Shown here piece by piece: positions 9,236-18,309 of a stretch of 42,241 nt of DNA. This DNA comes from a virus (Duplodnaviria > Caudoviricetes), in the IMG/VR virus record IMGVR_UViG_3300016649_000263, positions 1-42,241 of that record; one strand, 5' to 3'. The translations under genes were made by a program, and so were the position numbers. The notes under the pieces are model-generated. The model was not told where the DNA came from, ran no database searches, and was given only the letters and a program-made list of their open reading frames with translations. Numbering within the stretch: the first letter of the stretch is position 1; each line of letters opens with the position of its first letter.

Positions 9236-9324
9236 TTACCATTTCGGTAACCGATATAGGTAATTTAAATTCATTTACGGGTGGTGTCAATCGTTAGCAA
9301 GAAATAAAGTTACCGAAAAGGTAA
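9236..9324 (-). promoter_or_regulatory. Leftward early promoter pL with flanking operators
   Basis: -35 TTGACA (9290-9285), 17 bp, -10 TAAATT (9267-9262); TTACC-N5-GGTAA at 9236-9250 and 9310-9324. Confidence 0.8.
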
Positions 9325-9392
9325 TTATTTGTGGCAAAAGGAAATGCTGTGGTCTGGCACCATGATGTACAGCGCAGAAATGTAGAAGGGGA

Positions 9393-9989
9393 TTACTTAG
9401 TGCTTTCGCTCATGACGAAGTCGATGAACGATTTTATCTTCGCTTTGTCTTCTGCTGGAAGTGCTGCATACCGGCTGTGGTCATACTGAATGACCGATTC
9501 ATCATGCGGTGGGATCAGCATTTCATAGGCCCTGCGATTGAACACGGCAGCGATGGCAGCCAGGTTGTTAATCGAGATGCTCGCCTCGCGTTTCAGCAGG
9601 CGGTTAATCGTGGACTGGCCGACTTCTGCTTTCTCTGCAACGGCTGCCTGCGTCCTCAGTTCCTTATTGGCCTGCATCCACGCAGTCAGGTTATTGGCGG
9701 CGATGATGCCAATCTCTGTGTTGGCGTCCACTGGCTCAACATCTGCAGCAATCGACATAGCGTGATCGGTGTCCAGCCAGAACGCCGGTCTGCGGGCAGC
9801 AGCTTCTATCTTTCTGGCTGATGCGCCACCAATATTTTTTGCACTGGCCATCTCTGGTGAAGCCATCCAACGCGATATCAAATTAGGCTGGAAACCCAAA
9901 GCTTCCGCCATGCGGATCTGCCTACCGTCAAAGTCTTTCTGAATGATAGTTCTGAGGTTTTCTCTTCTGATGTCGTGGATGCTTTTCAT
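9393..9989 (-). CDS. Prophage repressor, SPC32H Rep-like (no S24 autopeptidase domain)
   Basis: 198 aa with two HTH-like regions (RRENLR...ISRW; TQAAVAEKAEVGQSTINRLL); divergent from cro and flanked by operators. Confidence 0.85.
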   Translation of the reverse strand: MKSIHDIRRENLRTIIQKDFDGRQIRMAEALGFQPNLISRWMASPEMASAKNIGGASARKIEAAARRPAFWLDTDHAMSIAADVEPVDANTEIGIIAANNLTAWMQANKELRTQAAVAEKAEVGQSTINRLLKREASISINNLAAIAAVFNRRAYEMLIPPHDESVIQYDHSRYAALPAEDKAKIKSFIDFVMSESTK

Positions 9990-10037
9990 GGCCTTCTTAT
10001 GGGTTCGGTTTACGCGATGATGCTATTTAAATCAAAG

Positions 10038-10100
10038 TTACCAAAAAGGTAAATGCACCATTTTGGTAATCACGCTTGCAGGACGGCACCTTTTGGGTAA
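10038..10100. promoter_or_regulatory. oR-like operator cluster between rep and cro
   Basis: TTACC-AAAAA-GGTAA (10038-10052); GCACC-N5-GGTAA (10055-10069 and 10086-10100). Confidence 0.8.
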
Positions 10101-10136
10101 TCATTGACCCGATATAGCGATTTAAACGAGGATAAA

Positions 10137-10358
10137 ATGAACGATTTCGACTTCAAAAAGTTCTGGCTAAGCCTGACTCCTGAAAATCGTCTGCAAGTTG
10201 CTACCAATGCGGGTACAACGCCGGGGTACATAAAATCCCATCTCATTAATAAAAATAAGGTGCCGCGCACCGAGTTGATGAGCAACCTGCATCAGGCTTG
10301 CGTTGCGGCCGGAGCGGACGTTTCCAAAGAAAAATTCATTGGTCTTTTTTACGAATGA
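10137..10358 (+). CDS. Cro-like HTH protein
   Basis: Divergent from the repressor; VATNAGTTPGYIKSHL HTH; ATG 10137 with GAGGA RBS. Confidence 0.75.
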   Translation: MNDFDFKKFWLSLTPENRLQVATNAGTTPGYIKSHLINKNKVPRTELMSNLHQACVAAGADVSKEKFIGLFYE

Positions 10359-10386
10359 TTCATATTCAGCCTTCACCAGGTTAACC

Positions 10387-10410
10387 AAACCTCCTTCGGG
10401 AGGTTTTTTT
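10387..10410 (+). terminator. tR1-like intrinsic terminator
   Basis: AAACCTCC-TTCG-GGAGGTTT followed by a T run. Confidence 0.85.
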
Positions 10411-10525
10411 ATGCCTGAAAATCAAGGGCGCTTATCAGGGAGGTAACAAAAATCCGAATGTGGTTGATCAATTTTTCTGGTTGTGCAAAATAGGCAAGAA
10501 CAAATAACAGATTCAGGGGGCGTTT

Positions 10526-10726
10526 TTGAAAATCATTACTCAACGACAGGCTGCAGAGAAGGGCCTCAATAAATTTTATACAGGCAAAACCTGTAAACAC
10601 GGTCATTTAAGTGAGCGATGGACGATAAGTGGAGAGTGTGTTCAGTGCAATGTTGACCGGGTCTATCGTAGGCGTCGTGAAATGACCGAAATATTGAGGT
10701 CTGCACAATCCCAGGTGGTGTTATGA
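10526..10726 (+). CDS. Small Cys/His-rich hypothetical protein
   Basis: YTGKTCKHGH...CVQC putative Zn ligands; near-operator TTATC-N5-GGTAA at 10432-10446 upstream. Confidence 0.6.
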   Translation: MKIITQRQAAEKGLNKFYTGKTCKHGHLSERWTISGECVQCNVDRVYRRRREMTEILRSAQSQVVL

Positions 10727-11484
10727 GCAGAAAGCAAATTTCTAAAAAAGTTAGGTTTGAAGTTTTCAAGCGTGACGGATTCAAATGTCAATACTGCGGT
10801 AAGTCTGCACCGGAAATTGTTTTGCATGTTGATCACATTTTCCCGGTTAGCAAGGGAGGTGGTAATGATGTTTTAAATATGATCACCTCATGCGTTGATT
10901 GCAACCTTGGTAAGTCTGATGGCCTATTAAGTGACACATCAATTGTTAAAGTGCAAATTGAGCAATTACAGCAATTAAACGAGAGAAGGGAGCAGCTTGC
11001 CATGCTTATCTCTTGGCGTAATGAAATGGAAAGCATCGATAACACCTTGGCAGATTCTATTTGCGAGATCATCAATAGTTACATAGCGCCTTTGAAGCTC
11101 AATGAATCAGGCATAAGAGGTTGCTTGTTGATGGCAAAAAAACATTCACCGCAACTGATCTATAAAGCTATAGATATTTCATTTGAAAAAATCCTATCTG
11201 ATGTGAGTGTTATTGACGGAAAAACGGCAACAGCATTCTTTGACTATATTCCCCGCGTAATCAACATGCTTTCTAAGCCTGACTCTGTTAAGCGTTCCCA
11301 CTATATTCGGGGGATTCTCAGAAATAGGGTTTGTGTAAACGAAAACCTTGTTATGAGCCTTATATCTGCGTGGGTTGATTATGGTAATGATATCAATGAA
11401 TTAGAGTATATAGCCAAATGTTGCCGATCATGGACTGATTTCCGTTTAACTGTTGAGCGGAAAGTTTATGGAGGAATCGAATAA
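10723..11484 (+). CDS. HNH endonuclease with helical C-terminal extension
   Basis: RFEVFKRDGFKCQYCG...LHVDHI.PVSKGG...N..TSC.DCN.GK. Confidence 0.85.
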   Translation: MSRKQISKKVRFEVFKRDGFKCQYCGKSAPEIVLHVDHIFPVSKGGGNDVLNMITSCVDCNLGKSDGLLSDTSIVKVQIEQLQQLNERREQLAMLISWRNEMESIDNTLADSICEIINSYIAPLKLNESGIRGCLLMAKKHSPQLIYKAIDISFEKILSDVSVIDGKTATAFFDYIPRVINMLSKPDSVKRSHYIRGILRNRVCVNENLVMSLISAWVDYGNDINELEYIAKCCRSWTDFRLTVERKVYGGIE

Positions 11485-12428
11485 TGGCAAGAATCCGCAC
11501 TATAAAGCCAGAGTTCTGGACAGATGAGGATATGGCCGAGGTTTCAGAAGCAGCATGTTTGCTGGCAATTGGGTTGCTGAATTACGCGGATGATGAAGGA
11601 TTCTTTAACGCTAACCCGAAGCTAATTAAAGCTGCGGTTTTTCCCATAAGGGAGCCATCCGTGACAATTCCGGTAATGCTACGGGAGCTTTCCAACCAAG
11701 GTTATTTAACGTTGTTTTCCACTTCCGACAGCAAGCATTTTGGACTTATAAGTAATTTCGCCAGACACCAGGTGGTAAACAAGCCAAGGCCAAGCAAAAT
11801 CAAAGAGATGGAGTTACTACCGTACAGCTACGGTAGTGATACAGGAGGACTACCATTAGGAATGGATCAGGGATCAGGGAATGGAAAGGAAGACCCCTCT
11901 CTCTGCGAAAATGAAAAATCAGATATTCCAGGTCCCAACCACAACGCGATTCTTGATAACCGAATGCCTCCACCTGGCGGGTCATCACCGTTGGGAAAGT
12001 TTCAGATGTTCAGTGACTGGATGCCTGAAGCCGACTTCGTGAAGAAAGCAGCTCTTTGGGGTAAGCCGATCGGCGAAGGGTATACGTCAGCAGAGCTGGC
12101 GGAGTTTATTGATTACTGGAAGGCCGAGGGAAAGGTATTCCATCAAGCACAGTGGGAGCAAAAACTCGCAATAAGCATCAACGTCAGCCGTTCACGAACA
12201 TCAAAATCAACCAAAGGTGGTCACCATGAACAGACAGCACCAGCAGCAACCAGCAGTGGTAAATCTCGGGCACGCCAGAAAATCGAGGCAGCCTATGAAG
12301 CAAAATTTGGAAGGCCATACATGGAACCTGTGGGTGACGATGGGGGAGATCTACTCGGATCGGTGGGTGGCGAAGAACGGTCAGGAACCGTCATCACTCT
12401 GGGTGCAGGCGATTGGCAGTCTCAGTGA
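11484..12428 (+). CDS. Replication initiator (O-like) with DnaT-like C-terminal domain
   Basis: MARIRTIKPEFW N-terminus; FQMFSDW.P...ELAEFIDYW.AEG....QWEQKLA. Confidence 0.8.
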   Translation: MARIRTIKPEFWTDEDMAEVSEAACLLAIGLLNYADDEGFFNANPKLIKAAVFPIREPSVTIPVMLRELSNQGYLTLFSTSDSKHFGLISNFARHQVVNKPRPSKIKEMELLPYSYGSDTGGLPLGMDQGSGNGKEDPSLCENEKSDIPGPNHNAILDNRMPPPGGSSPLGKFQMFSDWMPEADFVKKAALWGKPIGEGYTSAELAEFIDYWKAEGKVFHQAQWEQKLAISINVSRSRTSKSTKGGHHEQTAPAATSSGKSRARQKIEAAYEAKFGRPYMEPVGDDGGDLLGSVGGEERSGTVITLGAGDWQSQ

Positions 12429-12861
12429 AGCGCAGTTGGCTCGTATTTCTCAGGCTTGCATCAAACGGTGCATTGACGGAAACCCGTGGGCGCCTGACCT
12501 GGCTGAGTTCATGTCACTGATCGGTGAGGCACACGATGTACCAGTCGGTCTGTCGTTCGAGGACGTGGCGAAAGAATTCAAACGCTACTGCCGGGAACGC
12601 GGGTATTACGACAGCGCTGAGCTGTTCCCGTGGACTAACAAGAACTGGTTGCTGTACTGGATCTGCACATCGGTTCGCCAGCGCATGGTGCGTTACAACC
12701 TGTCAGAGGCTGATGTCGATAAAGCGCTCCGCAATGAGATCCGGGACTGGGCAGCGAAGCTGGCAGCAGGTGAGCAGGTACCGACACCGGTTACCAGAAT
12801 CGAAAATAAAACGCGTCCCCGTCCTGCATGGATGGATTTACTGGATAAGAAAAAGTCCTGA
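12226..12861 (+). CDS. Replication protein P-like helicase loader (start uncertain)
   Basis: W..MGEIYSDRW..KNG, WAPDLAEF motifs; follows and overlaps the initiator. Confidence 0.7.
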   Translation: MNRQHQQQPAVVNLGHARKSRQPMKQNLEGHTWNLWVTMGEIYSDRWVAKNGQEPSSLWVQAIGSLSEAQLARISQACIKRCIDGNPWAPDLAEFMSLIGEAHDVPVGLSFEDVAKEFKRYCRERGYYDSAELFPWTNKNWLLYWICTSVRQRMVRYNLSEADVDKALRNEIRDWAAKLAAGEQVPTPVTRIENKTRPRPAWMDLLDKKKS

Positions 12862-13021
12862 ACGGGGAAAATCCTTAACCAGCACCACCAAGAATCGATT
12901 TAAAGCAGTAAAGCCACATAACGAGATGGTTTTAAATCCGTAAACGATTGTGGTGCGTTACAGAGCGTTTTAGCGATGGTGCGTTTTGTGAAAGCAAGCG
13001 CGTTTTTTATGTTGAATATAG

Positions 13022-13054
13022 TTACCAAAATGGTAATGTTTACCTTAAAGGTAA
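13022..13054. promoter_or_regulatory. Two tandem perfect operators
   Basis: TTACC-AAAAT-GGTAA (13022-13036) and TTACC-TTAAA-GGTAA (13040-13054). Confidence 0.8.
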
Positions 13055-13067
13055 TTGGAGCGACTTG

Positions 13068-13277
13068 ATGGAAATTAAATACGAATTGGTTTCGTCCTTC
13101 GGCGGCGTTCAACTGCTCACCCTGGGTGGCAAAGCAACCGGCTATCGCATTGAGCACAACCGCACGCTGGACTCGTTTCAGGTGTCAGGCGGTGGCAAAA
13201 CCCGCTTTACTCGCCGTCGCTCACAGGCCACCAAGTTGGTCGTGAAGATGTTTGAGAAAGCGGTAAGGGGTAACTGA
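13068..13277 (+). CDS. Hypothetical protein (MEIKYELV...)
   Basis: ATG 13068 with GGAG RBS after the operators; stop overlaps the next start. Confidence 0.6.
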   Translation: MEIKYELVSSFGGVQLLTLGGKATGYRIEHNRTLDSFQVSGGGKTRFTRRRSQATKLVVKMFEKAVRGN

Positions 13278-13753
13278 TGGCCAAGTTATTCGTAGGGATC
13301 GACCCCGGCTGCTCTGGCGCCATCGTCGTTATCAACGAGCACGGCGCTTACATCAGCCACCTGAGTATGCCAACTGTGAAGGTCGGGAATAAATCCCGCG
13401 TCAACGGCGCGCAGGTCGCAACGTTCCTGCTTCAGTACCGTTGGATTATCGCTCACGCATATCTGGAGCAGGTAGGAGCAATGCCGGGGCAGGGTGTCAG
13501 CTCAATGTTCACGTTCGGCCACGCAGCAGGCAACGTCGAAGGCATCCTGCAGGGCATGTTCCTGCCGTACTCACTCGTGACCCCGCAGGCGTGGAAGAAA
13601 TCAGCTGGCCTCATCGGCAGCGACAAAGACGCTGCGCGCAGTCGGGCGATTCAGCTTTACCCATCACTTCGCGCTCTCGATGCAAAAGCCAAAGGGCAGG
13701 CCATTGCCGACGCACTGCTCATCGCCCGCCACGGATTAGGAGTGAAATCCTGA
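13277..13753 (+). CDS. RuvC-like Holliday junction resolvase
   Basis: VGIDPG, LEQV...P.QGVSS.FTFG, TPQAWKK, ADALLIA. Confidence 0.85.
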   Translation: MAKLFVGIDPGCSGAIVVINEHGAYISHLSMPTVKVGNKSRVNGAQVATFLLQYRWIIAHAYLEQVGAMPGQGVSSMFTFGHAAGNVEGILQGMFLPYSLVTPQAWKKSAGLIGSDKDAARSRAIQLYPSLRALDAKAKGQAIADALLIARHGLGVKS

Positions 13754-13965
13754 TGGATCACTTAGACCACGTTAGCGAAACAGAACAGCAGATTCTGGAC
13801 ATGCGCCTGAAGGCCGTCACACAGCATTCAACCAGACCATCAGCAAGATTCTGCGCCGAGTGCGGCAACGATATACCGGAAGAACGCCGCGTTGCGCTGC
13901 CAGGTGTGCAGCTCTGCGTAGGCTGCAAAGAAGTGCAGGAAATTAAAAACCGTAATCATCGTTAA
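13753..13965 (+). CDS. TraR/DksA C4 zinc-finger protein
   Basis: MDHLDHVSE...CAECGNDIPEERRVALPGVQLCVGC; true start at ATG 13753. Confidence 0.85.
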   Translation: MDHLDHVSETEQQILDMRLKAVTQHSTRPSARFCAECGNDIPEERRVALPGVQLCVGCKEVQEIKNRNHR

Positions 13966-13987
13966 CATTTTGAATGGGATAAATATT

Positions 13988-14479
13988 ATGGAAAATAACG
14001 AGTTAACAGAAGTTAATGCCACGATTCCTTCGCTTGAAGGGCTGCCGCAAGAGGTCATTGAGTATGTGCATGGGCTGGTGGCTGAGAATGCGCGGATGCG
14101 TGAAATCATCGATGCAGTTACCGATTTAGATAATGAGCCTCAGTATCACGAGGTTGGGATGGGATGCGGTCTGGAAGATAGAGGAATTACAGACCGATAT
14201 GAAGCAATGAGACATGGATGGGATGCCGCAATGGAACGTGTTTACGGTGAAGTTATTCCATGCGATGAAGAGCTGGAATTCAAAGTCACCGACGCCGCTA
14301 TCGCTGAGATTAAGGCGCAGGGTGGAATTGACGCCCTCGAATCACTGGCCGGAGTAGCTGAAACCATGGTGGTGAGCGCAGAGAATGCAAACTGGGAGCA
14401 AGGTGCATTTGGCTGGTCACGCGTTAAGCAAGAGGCAACTAAAGCTGCCGCCAATTTGCGCGCTGGGAGGAAGGGATGA
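13988..14479 (+). CDS. Hypothetical (Ea/nin-type) phage protein
   Basis: ORF in a coupled rightward cluster; TDAAIAEIKAQG motif. Confidence 0.6.
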   Translation: MENNELTEVNATIPSLEGLPQEVIEYVHGLVAENARMREIIDAVTDLDNEPQYHEVGMGCGLEDRGITDRYEAMRHGWDAAMERVYGEVIPCDEELEFKVTDAAIAEIKAQGGIDALESLAGVAETMVVSAENANWEQGAFGWSRVKQEATKAAANLRAGRKG

Positions 14480-14679
14480 AATCAAATCGAGAAGCCCGGC
14501 GCATTCTGCTGGCTGGCAGGGCGTGTGAGTTCAAAATCAGCAACCGCAAAACTTTTTACCAGAGCAAGACGGGACGCTTCGACTGCGCATCTGACCATAA
14601 ACGTTCGGCTCGACAGGCACGCGCTCGCAAGTGGGCGCAGCGCAGTTCTCTGGCTATGAAGGAGCAACCTCATGACTGA
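14476..14679 (+). CDS. Small basic hypothetical protein
   Basis: ATGA overlap with the upstream gene. Confidence 0.5.
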   Translation: MKSNREARRILLAGRACEFKISNRKTFYQSKTGRFDCASDHKRSARQARARKWAQRSSLAMKEQPHD

Positions 14680-15310
14680 TACAACAGATATCAAGGCGCT
14701 GCGTGCTGAATCCGCCAACCTGATGATACTCCTGCATAAGGAAGAGCTTGGTGTGGAAGTTACTCTCACAGCGGCGAAGTTCTTTGACGATGTGTTCCGG
14801 CTGCTCGAAGCAGAACGCCAGCGGGCTGAGCGAGGGGAAGCGGCAGCGGGGATTATTCAGCAGATGTACAACGAGCTGAAAGGCGAGCAGGTGCCGGTGG
14901 CTTACTTTGCGGCGGCACCAGATTATGGCTGGGATATGTTCAAAAACAAAGAGGATGCAATTGCAACGTGTCAGGCAGAGATAGATGCCTACCGTGATTG
15001 TCGTGACGACGGGTGGGATGATAATGTGCAGCGCGTTTGCTGGGGCGTGGTTTTGCAAAAGGCAGAGGGTTTTGACCAACAAGGCGTCCACACCAGCAAT
15101 AGTCATCACACTTATCAGACCTGCGATTACAGCTTGCAGCCTGAGTTATTCACCGCCCCGCAAAAGCCGGTCGCGGACGAGATGCGGGAAGATATTTTGC
15201 GCTGCGTCGATGATTCCATGCACGGATGCAATAGCCTATCAGCACCTGACTATGCCGTGCGTGTTGCCGGATGGCTGGCCGCTGGCGGTGTCGTGAAGGA
15301 TGGTGAGTGA
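14672..15310 (+). CDS. Ead/Ea22-like mosaic protein
   Basis: Coiled N-terminus, QVPVAY and LFTAPQKP modules; AAGGAG RBS. Confidence 0.55.
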   Translation: MTDTTDIKALRAESANLMILLHKEELGVEVTLTAAKFFDDVFRLLEAERQRAERGEAAAGIIQQMYNELKGEQVPVAYFAAAPDYGWDMFKNKEDAIATCQAEIDAYRDCRDDGWDDNVQRVCWGVVLQKAEGFDQQGVHTSNSHHTYQTCDYSLQPELFTAPQKPVADEMREDILRCVDDSMHGCNSLSAPDYAVRVAGWLAAGGVVKDGE

Positions 15311-15438
15311 TGAAAGACTACATGATGTTCTGGTTCTCACAGTTGCTGGTTAGCCTAGGTTTCTCTGTGGGGTTATTTTTGCTGATATTCGTTATCGCCA
15401 TAATTCGATATGTTTTGGACGAAAGGAAAAAGAAATAA
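15310..15438 (+). CDS. 42-aa single-pass membrane protein (MKDYMMFWFSQLLVSLGFSVGLFLLIFVIAIIRYVLDERKKK); not in the ORF track
   Basis: TGATG and TAATG overlaps with both neighbours; hydrophobic helix with basic tail. Confidence 0.65.
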   Translation: MKDYMMFWFSQLLVSLGFSVGLFLLIFVIAIIRYVLDERKKK

Positions 15439-15761
15439 TGGCTAAATCAAAAGAACGTATCAATGCTTATGCTTTGGCAATTACAAATGCTATGCAAATT
15501 ATTGACCTGCGCAATCAAATAGGCGAGCACGAAGGAGCTATTAAAAGTCTTCTGACTTATTCAGAATTGGTTGACGGTAAGTACGATGATGAATTAGTCA
15601 ACGAAGCTTTTGAGCAAGCACAGGTGTCCTTGGTTGCTAATAACTATGTGGGTTCTAAATGCGTTCTAAACAGCGCAGAGGTCAGTCTTCACAAGGTTAT
15701 TGGCCAGCTTGGTCGTGACTCTATGAAAGAAGTAATCAGCGAAGCCAAGGTGAGAAAATAG
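15438..15761 (+). CDS. Hypothetical protein
   Basis: AT-rich ORF, translationally coupled. Confidence 0.6.
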   Translation: MAKSKERINAYALAITNAMQIIDLRNQIGEHEGAIKSLLTYSELVDGKYDDELVNEAFEQAQVSLVANNYVGSKCVLNSAEVSLHKVIGQLGRDSMKEVISEAKVRK

Positions 15762-15762
15762 A

Positions 15763-16107
15763 ATGGCTAAGTCCGCAGCAGAGCGCAAAGCCGCGCAGCG
15801 TGCCCGCCAGTTTGACGCCGGTTTGCAAAAGGTCGAGGTGGCGCTCGACCGGCAGGAAGTCGATATGCTCAGGCAGAACTGCGCACTCCGCCGCCCGCAG
15901 CGTGAGCCATATGACATGGATGAGTACATCACCATGCTGATCCGCAAAGACAACGCAGAGTTGCAGGCGCAGCTCACCGAGCAAGCCGGGCGCAAGTGCG
16001 GGAAGTGCGGCGACTCGTTACCAGGTGATAAGCAGGGCTGTGCGTTCATCGGTGAGGGTGCATGCTGGCAAACGATGGGCTGGCATGAGACAAAACTTAC
16101 GGTGTGA
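15763..16107 (+). CDS. Conserved phage protein preceding the terminase (possible regulator)
   Basis: MAKSAAERKAAQRAR N-terminus; C-terminal CGKC...C...C. Confidence 0.65.
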   Translation: MAKSAAERKAAQRARQFDAGLQKVEVALDRQEVDMLRQNCALRRPQREPYDMDEYITMLIRKDNAELQAQLTEQAGRKCGKCGDSLPGDKQGCAFIGEGACWQTMGWHETKLTV

Positions 16108-16136
16108 CATGTCACGCAGCGCCATACAGTCAGAAT

Positions 16137-16161
16137 AACCGCCGCTTGGCGGTTTTCTTTT
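16137..16161 (+). terminator. Intrinsic terminator before the terminase operon
   Basis: AACCGCC-GCTT-GGCGGTT followed by TTCTTTT. Confidence 0.75.
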
Positions 16162-16172
16162 GCGTGTTATGA

Positions 16173-16187
16173 TTACCGTGGAGGTAA
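16173..16187. promoter_or_regulatory. Operator overlapping the terS RBS
   Basis: TTACC-GTGGA-GGTAA; GGAGGT lies within it, ATG at 16193. Confidence 0.7.
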
Positions 16188-16192
16188 CTATT

Positions 16193-16753
16193 ATGGCTGA
16201 AAAGGGTAAACTTAATGCGCAAATGGAATTGTTCTGTCAGGAGATGCTGAAGGATCCGCGCAACCAGCGACAGGCAGCAATCAATGCTGGCTACTCAGTC
16301 AAGACAGCCACGCAAAAGGCTGCTGGCCTGATGAACCTGCCGAAGGTGGTCGCACGTATCGAAGAGCTGATGGAATCGCGTAATAAACGCCTGCGCGTTA
16401 GTGCCGACTACGTGCTGCTGCGTCTGGTTGAAATCGACCAGATGGACGTGATCGATATTCTCAACGACGATATGAGTATCAAACCTGTTTCGGAATGGCC
16501 TAAGGTCTGGCGCCAGTACCTTACCGGTTTCGAGCTGGCCGACATGTTCGAAGGCCGTGGCGACGATAAAGAACTGATTGGCATCCTCAAGAAAATCAAA
16601 TGGCCGGACAAAGTGAAGAACCTTGAGCTGATCGGGAAGCACGTCGATGTCATGGCGTTCAAAGAGCGCATCGAGGTGAGCGGCACCGTAACCATCGCTG
16701 ACCGCATGGCGAACGCCCGCCGCCGCGTCAAAGAGCAGAGTGAAGATAAATGA
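16193..16753 (+). CDS. terS: Terminase small subunit
   Basis: FCQE...N..QAAI.AGYS.KTA HTH; DKVKNLELIGKH; ATG 16193. Confidence 0.9.
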   Translation: MAEKGKLNAQMELFCQEMLKDPRNQRQAAINAGYSVKTATQKAAGLMNLPKVVARIEELMESRNKRLRVSADYVLLRLVEIDQMDVIDILNDDMSIKPVSEWPKVWRQYLTGFELADMFEGRGDDKELIGILKKIKWPDKVKNLELIGKHVDVMAFKERIEVSGTVTIADRMANARRRVKEQSEDK

Positions 16754-18225
16754 CTGATGCCGCCGTACTCTCCCCGGATGAACAACTGATCGAAGACATT
16801 GCCAGTTTTACGCATGACCCGCTGGGCTATGTGCATTATGCGTTCCCGTGGGGTGAACATGGCACAGAGCTGGCGCACGCCGCTGGTCCGAGGAAATGGC
16901 AGGCCGACGCTTTCCGCGAGATACGCGACCATCTTCAAAACCCGGCAACAAGGCACCAGCCGCTGATGATAGCCAGGGCATCCGGGCACGGTATCGGGAA
17001 GTCAGCATTCATCTCCATGCTGATGAACTGGGGCATGTCCACATGCGAGGATTGTAAGGTGGTGGTGACCGCCAACACCGAGAACCAGTTGCGCACCAAG
17101 ACGTGGCCGGAAATCATCAAATGGTCTAACCTCGCAATCACCAAATCGTGGTTCACGACGACTGCAACCGCGATGTACAGCAACGACAGCGGCCACGATA
17201 AACGCTGGCGCGCTGATGCTATTCCGTGGAGTGAACACAACACTGAGGCATTCGCCGGGCTGCACAACGAGCGCAAGCGCATCATCGTCGTATTCGATGA
17301 AGCGTCCAACATTGCCGATCTGGTGTGGGAGGTTGCTGAAGGGGCGCTGACCGATGAGGACACAGAAATCATCTGGGTGGCATTCGGGAACCCGACCCGT
17401 AACAGCGGACGTTTCCGCGAATGCTTCCGCAAATACAAACACCGCTGGCACTGTGCGCAGATTGACAGCCGGACAGTGGAAGGCACCAACAAAGAGCAGC
17501 TGCAAAAGTGGGTTGACGACTACGGCGAAGACAGCGACTTCGTGAAGGTGCGTGTACGTGGCATCTTCCCTGATGTGTCAGAGGCTCAGTTCATACCCAC
17601 CGGCCTGACCGATGCAGCCATGAAGCGCCAGTGGACAGCCGCAGAAGTGTCGCATGCCCCGATCATCATCGGAGTTGACCCTGCTTACTCCGGCGCGGAT
17701 TACTTCGTGATTTACCTACGTCAAGGGCTGCACAGCAAATGCCTCGGCACCTACCCGAAAACAACTGACGAACTGATATCAGCGAAGCGCATCGCCGACT
17801 TCGAAGACCAGTACAAGGCTGACCAGGTGTTTATTGACTTCGGTTACGGCACGGGCATTCATTCCATCGGGTCAAGCTGGGGCAGAACGTGGCAACTGGT
17901 GCCGTTCGGTGGTGGTTCGACTGATCCACAGATGGCGAACAAGCGCGGTGAGATGTACAACAGCTGCAAATCGTGGCTGAAGATTGGCGGTTCGCTGGAC
18001 GATCAGGAGACAGCAGATGACCTGAGTGCACCGGAGTACAAGGTTCGTCTCGACGGCAGGATTGTGCTGGAAAATAAAGAGGACATCAAAAAGCGGATAG
18101 GGCGATCACCGGGTAAGGCCGATGCTCTGGTGCTGACGTTTGCATTCCCAGTCACTAAAAGGCAGAACCTGCCGGGTGGGCTGGCTGCTAATCAGGTGGC
18201 TACAGATTATGATCCGTATAAGTAG
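16750..18225 (+). CDS. terL: Terminase large subunit
   Basis: Walker A ASGHGIGKS, Walker B VVFDEAS, GNPT, nuclease GVDPA and SPGKADAL. Confidence 0.95.
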   Translation: MTDAAVLSPDEQLIEDIASFTHDPLGYVHYAFPWGEHGTELAHAAGPRKWQADAFREIRDHLQNPATRHQPLMIARASGHGIGKSAFISMLMNWGMSTCEDCKVVVTANTENQLRTKTWPEIIKWSNLAITKSWFTTTATAMYSNDSGHDKRWRADAIPWSEHNTEAFAGLHNERKRIIVVFDEASNIADLVWEVAEGALTDEDTEIIWVAFGNPTRNSGRFRECFRKYKHRWHCAQIDSRTVEGTNKEQLQKWVDDYGEDSDFVKVRVRGIFPDVSEAQFIPTGLTDAAMKRQWTAAEVSHAPIIIGVDPAYSGADYFVIYLRQGLHSKCLGTYPKTTDELISAKRIADFEDQYKADQVFIDFGYGTGIHSIGSSWGRTWQLVPFGGGSTDPQMANKRGEMYNSCKSWLKIGGSLDDQETADDLSAPEYKVRLDGRIVLENKEDIKKRIGRSPGKADALVLTFAFPVTKRQNLPGGLAANQVATDYDPYK

Positions 18226-18271
18226 TCAGATGGCAGACAATCGAACTACTGCAAATTCTTCAGTAGTTTCC

Positions 18272-18297
18272 AATAAAAAGCCCGCACGCGGCGGGCT
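18272..18297 (-). terminator. Terminator of the antisense cassette
   Basis: AGCCCGC-CGCGT-GCGGGCT followed by TTTTATT on the minus strand. Confidence 0.8.
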
Positions 18298-18309
18298 GAT
18301 ATGATGATG

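Noticed and set aside
11864-11890. GGATCAG tandem repeats as replication iterons
   Set aside because: Only two short copies; plausible but not enough to call an origin
13441-13752. N-terminal extension of the TraR-like ORF
   Set aside because: Overlaps the RuvC-like gene; TGATG coupling and the domain start point to 13753
16295-17505. Long antisense ORFs over terS/terL, and similar shadow ORFs over other structural genes
   Set aside because: Expected by-products of codon bias opposite well-supported genes
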